From the IMG/VR virus record IMGVR_UViG_3300045988_092366: a stretch of DNA of 64,000 nt, one strand, 5' to 3'. The notes beneath the pieces are model-generated. The model was given only the letters and a program-made list of their open reading frames with translations. It searched no databases and was not told where the DNA came from. The DNA is from a virus. Positions 58,612 through 64,000 of this stretch are shown piece after piece. Both the position numbers and the translations under genes were made by a program. The stretch's first letter is position 1, and every line of letters begins with the position of its first letter.

Positions 58612-59955
58612 TTAATAGTTTTGTGCTTCGCGGAGAGCAGATAGCATTGGGTCAGCATCTTCCGCAATAGTTTCATCGTCTAAAGAGAATGTCGTAAGAG
58701 GTGTAGAATCTACCTCTTCCTCTTCATCAAAATTAACATTCTTCTGAACGTATAGTAAAGCGAGCTTGCTTTCAATCTCGCCAAGAGTGAATTTATCTTT
58801 ATCAGCGATAATTTCCGCTTTGTCTTCGTCAGAGAGCATATGATATTTAGCAATCATAGCATCCTTGTCGGCATCAATGCGCTCTGCCTTAAACTTACGA
58901 AGCTCTTCTGCTTCTGCTTCGAGAGCCGTAAACTTATCTGTAAGCTCTTTTAGCTGTTCAGAAAGTTCAGAAACCTGATTCTCAAGCTCATGCTTTTTCT
59001 CTGGCTTCTTTTCATCTTCCTTATCATCAGAATCATTAGAATCGTCATCTGATTCATCTTCATTATCTTCGGAATCAGAGTCTTCTTTATCTTCTTTCTT
59101 CTCTTCTTCCTTAGCAAAAGTTTCTTCGGCGGAGTCTTCGCTAGATTCAACGTCTTCATTTGTCTCAACGTTTTCAGCAAACTCTTCTGCCGCAGGAGTT
59201 TCTTCCTCAGCTGTGGCAGTAGGCTCTACCTCAACGCTTTCAACGTTTTCTTTCGGCATAGACCCTCCTTTTGTCAACGCACTTTTTAATTCATTCATCA
59301 TAGCAAATAAAGTATGCGAAAATTCTTTATTATAAGAGAAATGTTCGCTTACTTCTGGGCTAGTGACAGATGCGCCCTCAAAACAAGGTTCTACATCATC
59401 GCCCAAGATACAAAGTTTTGTAAAGATTGCATCATTTATAATAAAAAACTCAATATCGTTGCTATCGGTAGTCCAATGTCCGTCAACGTCATCAATTTCC
59501 ATTGACTGTCCTTGGCCTTGGTTGATACATTTATCCAATTCAGGATACTGCCCAGTCCATAGATAACCAGTAGTCATCATGTATTCACGTGTAGTGGTTT
59601 CACCGAATTCATTTGTATCATCGAATTTCTGAAACCATACTTCTGCATCTGGAGCAACGAAACCGTAAGGAACGGTCTTGCAAGAGAATTTTACTTCCCC
59701 ATCTTCAATGTGAAGAACTTCACCGTGGTCACCAAAGTCTTCTTTGTTCTCATTATAGGCAGCTACAATTGGCGTAGCAGGTAATGAGTTCGCCATCTGG
59801 ATGGCCGTGTTCTTATCAATGAAAGAACCGTTGCGGTTCTTACCAAGATACATGACCTTAATCTCACATTTAGAAATACCTGGGTTGATAGCATCTGGTG
59901 CTAGATTAATGAATTCTGGACTATCAATTGTAGCCACAGACCTATTTCTTAGCAT
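58612..59955 (-). CDS. Scaffolding protein, possibly protease-scaffold fusion: globular N-domain, poly-acidic stretch, coiled-coil C-terminus
   Basis: EEEKKEDKEDSDSEDNEDESDDDSNDSDDKEDEKK then ELENQVSELSEQLKELTDKFTALEAEAEELRKFK. Confidence 0.45.
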   Translation of the reverse strand: MLRNRSVATIDSPEFINLAPDAINPGISKCEIKVMYLGKNRNGSFIDKNTAIQMANSLPATPIVAAYNENKEDFGDHGEVLHIEDGEVKFSCKTVPYGFVAPDAEVWFQKFDDTNEFGETTTREYMMTTGYLWTGQYPELDKCINQGQGQSMEIDDVDGHWTTDSNDIEFFIINDAIFTKLCILGDDVEPCFEGASVTSPEVSEHFSYNKEFSHTLFAMMNELKSALTKGGSMPKENVESVEVEPTATAEEETPAAEEFAENVETNEDVESSEDSAEETFAKEEEKKEDKEDSDSEDNEDESDDDSNDSDDKEDEKKPEKKHELENQVSELSEQLKELTDKFTALEAEAEELRKFKAERIDADKDAMIAKYHMLSDEDKAEIIADKDKFTLGEIESKLALLYVQKNVNFDEEEEVDSTPLTTFSLDDETIAEDADPMLSALREAQNY

Positions 59956-59961
59956 TTAATT

Positions 59962-61563
59962 CTATCCTTCCGCTTCTATATTAGCGATTGTTTTATCAGA
60001 CTTCTCGGAATCTGGCTTCTCAGGGCGACCACCCTTATTGCCCGAAGATGGAGTCTGCTGTTGTTTTGTCTTCGCGGTAGTATCTCCATTGCCGCCATTG
60101 CTCATAGTAGAAGACAGAGCAGGAGCAACGAAAACCTCATTGAGAGACATAACATCATTCTCAAAATATGCAGTCATAAGAACCGCACTCTGAGATTGAC
60201 CAAGAGCAACTTGCGGCAATAGCTTGGAGAATCCAAGAGAGGTCATATCTTTATACTGTTTAGACAGGTCTTTATAATTATAGACAGTTGTTGGCAGAAT
60301 ATCGACATGATAATAAAGTCGCTTACTGTTCTTGTTAAATGGTGCCAACAGACGTTCCGCAAATGTCTGGAATTGTAAAATAAGGTCAGACATAGTAGCT
60401 TCATCATTTGCAATGGATTTCTCCAATGCAAGATTTCCATCTGCATTAAAAAGGTTCTGTCCAGTACCAGCTTCGTTGTACACAGAACGTTCAACTTTAT
60501 TAAGCTGGTCTACGGAAGAGACATTACCTTTGTCCGCAAGGTCTGCCACATCAACATCCGCGAACGTTGTCAACACGTCAACTCCAACAGCGTCACCAAG
60601 CATGGCAACTGCATTAGTATGGAGCTGTTGTGCTTCTTGGACATCGAAGATTAAATCGCCGTTCTTATCAATTGGCATCTTTTGGATAATAATCTTCAAA
60701 ATTTGTTGAAGCATCTTTTTCTTATCTAAATCCTGCGCGTCTTCCAAATCCAACAGCTTAGGAATAATACTCATGAACAGTGGCGCGTCACCGCCCGTAA
60801 TATTAAACTTCACCGTTGTAGATGGGTCAAGTAAAAACCAGCCGTTGGTATCGCCAGCATAGTCAATGGGTAACTTCCCATCCTTATAAGCAAGGTAAGC
60901 CTTCTGGACTTCCTTCGGCCACAGTTTTAGAACTCTTAAACGATACGCAGTATCGGAAAAAGCATCATCGAAATATTTCATATTAAATTCAACCGCAGGA
61001 TTACCGTTAAGTTGATAACGGCTGCGGCAATAGGAAATAGGCAATTCTTGAATAAAACAAGCGTCTTTTTGCTGTACAATAACGCCATAATATGCGCCTA
61101 TACGTACAACTTTTAGCGCAATCTCACCAAACACTTTTTTGAGGTTGCAATTTTCAAGATAGCGTGTTGATTTATACCAACCTTCAACTACCTTTTTAGA
61201 TTTACCATCTTGTTTTAATTTTTCATCATATATCATTGGCGTAATAAACCAATCATATTTGAATAGGAAAGCCATATAACGACACAGGCGGCTATAGATA
61301 CCGCTTGTTTTGAAGAAATAATTTGAAATCTTACGCTGTTCATTCATATTATTCTGCTCAATAGCCTTTAGCACATCTTCTTTAGTGTATTTCTTGCGGC
61401 GAGAATATTTGTCTGTGATAACCTGACCAATATCAAGAACAACGTCATTGGAGAGAGTTTTGTTCCCTACCTTAATTTTATTAAATGCTAAAGAACCAGA
61501 CTGACTATTGCCATTTGCAATGATGCGGCAATCGCGTTCGTCTTTATTTTTAACGGTAGCCAA
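59962..61563 (-). CDS. Portal protein (533 aa)
   Basis: Size and position between the terminase and the scaffold. Confidence 0.55.
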   Translation of the reverse strand: MATVKNKDERDCRIIANGNSQSGSLAFNKIKVGNKTLSNDVVLDIGQVITDKYSRRKKYTKEDVLKAIEQNNMNEQRKISNYFFKTSGIYSRLCRYMAFLFKYDWFITPMIYDEKLKQDGKSKKVVEGWYKSTRYLENCNLKKVFGEIALKVVRIGAYYGVIVQQKDACFIQELPISYCRSRYQLNGNPAVEFNMKYFDDAFSDTAYRLRVLKLWPKEVQKAYLAYKDGKLPIDYAGDTNGWFLLDPSTTVKFNITGGDAPLFMSIIPKLLDLEDAQDLDKKKMLQQILKIIIQKMPIDKNGDLIFDVQEAQQLHTNAVAMLGDAVGVDVLTTFADVDVADLADKGNVSSVDQLNKVERSVYNEAGTGQNLFNADGNLALEKSIANDEATMSDLILQFQTFAERLLAPFNKNSKRLYYHVDILPTTVYNYKDLSKQYKDMTSLGFSKLLPQVALGQSQSAVLMTAYFENDVMSLNEVFVAPALSSTMSNGGNGDTTAKTKQQQTPSSGNKGGRPEKPDSEKSDKTIANIEAEG

Positions 61564-61573
61564 AGCTCACCTC

Positions 61574-61930
61574 CTAATATCCTGCTGCTTTCATAATATA
61601 ATCGTAACTTAATCTTCCTTCATCGTAATAAGGAATAGTGACTAATTTCAGATTATGTTCCAAGCAAAATTTTCTTTTTAACGTATCGTTATATTTTTGA
61701 TATTTGAGGGCGCGGCCACCACCATATTTTCCAACAGGTACATAATGCTGCGCTCCTTGATATTCTATAAGGAAGTCGATATTACCGCAATCGTCAAACA
61801 CACAAAAATCAAAACGAAGATTTCTGCCAGATTTGCCGACAAGTCCCTCAAATTCATACTCTTCCTCAAAAGGTAAACCTGCGTCTGTTAGTATTTCATA
61901 TATTTTTATTTCACCAATAGAATCACGCAT
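61574..61930 (-). CDS. Free-standing DUF559/Vsr-like (PD-(D/E)xK) endonuclease (118 aa)
   Basis: 'FDFCVFDDCGNIDFLIEYQGAQHY...DTLKRKFCLEHNLKLVTIPY' fits the D..IE.DG..H...D..R..L...G..V.R pattern. Similar to the C-terminus of 50613..51524. Confidence 0.45.
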   Translation of the reverse strand: MRDSIGEIKIYEILTDAGLPFEEEYEFEGLVGKSGRNLRFDFCVFDDCGNIDFLIEYQGAQHYVPVGKYGGGRALKYQKYNDTLKRKFCLEHNLKLVTIPYYDEGRLSYDYIMKAAGY

Positions 61931-62004
61931 TGTTTGTCCTTTCGGAATTTCTTACTATACCATATAAAATTACACTCTATAAAATAATACAGTTTTGCCC
62001 AATT

Positions 62005-62057
62005 TTTATAAAAAATTTTTATATAAAAATAGGGTACGACCGTATGGGCCGCACCCT
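62005..62057 (-). terminator. Terminator after terminase exon 2
   Basis: agggtgcggcccatacggtcgtaccct (G-U wobbles) followed by a T-rich run. Confidence 0.45.
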
Positions 62058-62058
62058 A

Positions 62059-62610
62059 CTAATGCTTCGTAAAGAACATAAATCCACTTAAATCTCTGGA
62101 ATTGCGGCGATTTCGCCTATCCTCTTGGCGTTTACACCAATAGAGTCCATAGATTAGAGCAGACACTTTATCCTTTAGAATCTTTCTATTAGATTGCTTC
62201 AGGATGATATTTGCACCCTCATTATCTTGTACTAGATTTGCCATCTGCGATTTTAGAATATCAGTGGCAACATATGGCCGCAAATAATCCTGACGCTGTA
62301 ACGGCGACATTTTCTTTCCTTGCGCCTGCTGCAATAGCTTATTTTTAGCAGTGTTAGAGTCAATTAAGAACTTTAACTTGCCGTTGCGCAATTGCGTCTG
62401 AGTGTAAGAATACAGTTCTGTATTCATTGGAGCATTTGCCTTCATCATCCAAATCGCATTCTTGATTGTATTCTCATTCTCGAACGATTTATAGTTCTTG
62501 CGGTCTTGCTCGTTAGGAATATCGTCTAGATTAATAATACCCATGTTAGGAAGAAGCTCGTCTGTTTCTGGGTCGTTCTGGTCTGTAATTAAGTAATCAA
62601 GCAGTCCAAT
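62059..62610 (-). CDS. Terminase large subunit, exon 2 (C-terminal part; 5' boundary approximate)
   Basis: The frame is open upstream of the track's Met back to 62615 (IEYNVGIGLLDYLITDQNDPETDELLPN-MGIINLDD...), directly downstream of the intron S element. Confidence 0.45.
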   Translation of the reverse strand: MGLLDYLITDQNDPETDELLPNMGIINLDDIPNEQDRKNYKSFENENTIKNAIWMMKANAPMNTELYSYTQTQLRNGKLKFLIDSNTAKNKLLQQAQGKKMSPLQRQDYLRPYVATDILKSQMANLVQDNEGANIILKQSNRKILKDKVSALIYGLYWCKRQEDRRNRRNSRDLSGFMFFTKH

Positions 62611-63440
62611 GCCTACATTATATTCTATTCAGTTCGCTATTCTGAATACCGTATTCGGCTATATATTACTATATAGATTAGACTATATCTTTACAATTAT
62701 AATTGTACTTTCAAATTTCCATAATCAATAACTTATTATGTACTTCCTTGCGGAATAGTCGTTGAACCATATCAAATCATAAAATTTTAATTAATTACTA
62801 AAGTCAATATCTTTTGTTAAACAAGTCCATCGTTCGCCCCTGCGAATCATATTGGCATAATCAGATGGAAAACCAAAATAATTATCAATATATGCGCCAG
62901 TATACTTATGACTTTTTAACATTTCAATCGCTTGTAAAATTGTTTCTTCTGAATATTTACTAGCATTATTGTTTGTACCAGATTGGTCATGCCGCAAACC
63001 ATTTTCACAAGCGTGCTTAATATTTTGCTTACAAGTACACCACTCAAGATTAGATAAGTTATTATTTTGTTTGTTTCCATCTATATGATTTATTTGTAAT
63101 TCCGACATATCTTCTCTTGGACAAAAATTTTCCATGACAAGACGATGAACAGAATAACGATGACGTGTCTTACCGGGTGAAGTAAGCGTGACTTTAACGT
63201 ATCCGTCTTTGTCTAATGCAGTAGATAATTTTCTATTATATTTACCAGAAATTACATCGCCGGTATCAGTAATATAATAATCTATTGCCAGTGGATATTT
63301 AGCATTTATAATTTTCATTGTTTTCATGTTTATAGACCTCCAAAAAAAGTCTTTATGATTTGATATTGGCTGCGGATTATCCACATCTGTGGACTTCCCC
63401 GCATTTAAAAAAGTTTTACACGAGCTAGTTAGTTAACCCG
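62600..63440 (-). mobile_element. Group I intron (boundaries approximate) in the terminase large subunit gene
   Basis: On the minus strand: P-like AAATGCGGGGAAGTCC, Q AATCCGCAGC (exact consensus), R-like GTTCAACGACTATTCC, S-like AAAGATATAGTCTAATC. Core closely similar to the tail-gene intron. Confidence 0.6.
62791..63384 (-). CDS. Intron-encoded HNH homing endonuclease (197 aa)
   Basis: 'INHIDGNKQNNNLSNLEWCTCKQNIKH' HNH motif. GGAGG RBS. Located between the Q and R elements. Confidence 0.6.
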   Translation of the reverse strand: MDNPQPISNHKDFFWRSINMKTMKIINAKYPLAIDYYITDTGDVISGKYNRKLSTALDKDGYVKVTLTSPGKTRHRYSVHRLVMENFCPREDMSELQINHIDGNKQNNNLSNLEWCTCKQNIKHACENGLRHDQSGTNNNASKYSEETILQAIEMLKSHKYTGAYIDNYFGFPSDYANMIRRGERWTCLTKDIDFSN

Positions 63441-64000
63441 TTCGCATCCAAAACTATAGCTTCGCACTTGAACGCATTGAATAGCTGCTTAATCTTAATT
63501 GCTTGATATTCAAAGTGAGATTCAGAAAGTGTAAAGATATTTACTATCTTCTTATCATTGACACCTGTTGTTCTTGCAGGAGAAGATTCAATTATTACAA
63601 TTTCTGTCGGACAATTAAGACGGCCTACGTCCACGCCCATGACGTAAAACGTATCTCTATTTTGTCCTTTGTCATATCCATTCTTGGCGAGGTTGATAAT
63701 CCTATGCTTGTCAAACTTATTCATATCGAAGAAAGCACCGTCTAAAGTTCCACTCCACACGGATCCGTATTCACGTTCAAAGCCAATCTCGTCCATCGAG
63801 TTGCCTGTCTCTTGGGCTTGAATGTAATTTGCTGGCTGTAACCCTTCGACTACAGGTACTTTCCAATCGCCTCCTAGAATGAAAGAATCGTATCCATTAC
63901 TGGATACCATACGGCACAACGCGTCGATTAGTTTGTCGTAAGCGTAAGTACCTTTAAATCCGGCGCTTGTGACGTAGATGTCGTTCTGGTTCAGTGTCTC
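63425..64000 (-). CDS. Terminase large subunit, exon 1 (partial; N-terminus beyond the window end)
   Basis: Frame is open to nt 64000 (ETLNQNDIYVTSAGFKGTYAYDKLIDA-LCRMV...). Contains 'TFYVMGVDVGRLNCPTEIVII' and 'AIVLDANG', which are nuclease-domain-like Asp motifs. The stop is immediately followed by the intron P element. Confidence 0.5.
   Translation of the reverse strand, partial: ETLNQNDIYVTSAGFKGTYAYDKLIDALCRMVSSNGYDSFILGGDWKVPVVEGLQPANYIQAQETGNSMDEIGFEREYGSVWSGTLDGAFFDMNKFDKHRIINLAKNGYDKGQNRDTFYVMGVDVGRLNCPTEIVIIESSPARTTGVNDKKIVNIFTLSESHFEYQAIKIKQLFNAFKCEAIVLDANGLTN

Noticed and set aside
753-60709. Dozens of plus-strand ORFs in the supplied track (for example 1455..1649, 10009..10620, 13365..13820, 15031..15537, 22867..23286, 44001..44441, 52640..53056, 56605..56943, 60332..60709) and several minus-strand out-of-frame ones (1382..1654, 1835..2092, 9126..9536, 18781..19254, 20455..20727, 55450..55728).
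   Set aside because: They lie antisense to or out of frame within long, well-supported minus-strand genes. They have low-complexity composition and no RBS, so I treat them as artefacts.
1-64000. CRISPR arrays, tRNA or rRNA genes, an integrase or att sites (prophage boundaries).
   Set aside because: No regular repeat-spacer periodicity, no cloverleaf-like tRNA candidates and no tyrosine or serine recombinase ORFs were seen. The window looks like the interior of a phage genome.

Overview
The window looks like the late region of a large tailed phage of a low-GC Gram-positive (Firmicutes-type) host. The evidence is strong AGGAGG-type ribosome-binding sites, an amidase_2 endolysin with a Pro-rich linker, a phiLC3-type holin, XkdX-like mini-proteins and many rho-independent terminators. 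Nearly all genes lie on the minus strand and run from the high coordinate down: terminase large subunit, cut by the window edge and split by an intron; portal; scaffold; capsid; neck genes; a major tail protein split by a second intron; a 2960-aa tape measure protein; a roughly 35-kb block of baseplate and tail-fibre genes; then the lysis cassette. Two plus-strand genes (a folD-like gene and a RuvC-like resolvase) converge on a bidirectional terminator at about 1.06-1.10 kb.

The most interesting finding is a set of seven G9/G10 homopolymer tracts (C9-10 on the plus strand). They occur only in the tail-fibre region, each 9-90 nt upstream of the start of a fibre or tip gene. Each sits inside a short upstream mini-ORF that reads the tract as W/L-G-G-G. 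The downstream genes often have non-ATG starts and no SD of their own. The fibre genes form a paralog family with conserved N- and C-terminal modules (C-terminus ...CKLWIKI). I read this as a candidate slipped-strand (phase-variable) control system for a large alternative receptor-binding repertoire.

Other notable features are two related group I introns (P/Q/R/S core elements visible), one in the terminase gene and one in the tail-tube gene, each carrying a homing endonuclease; a free-standing DUF559-like endonuclease; a folD auxiliary metabolic gene; and a terminator-flanked membrane protein inserted among the fibre genes.

No integrase, CRISPR array, tRNA or rRNA was seen. Most plus-strand ORFs in the supplied track are antisense artefacts of the minus-strand genes.
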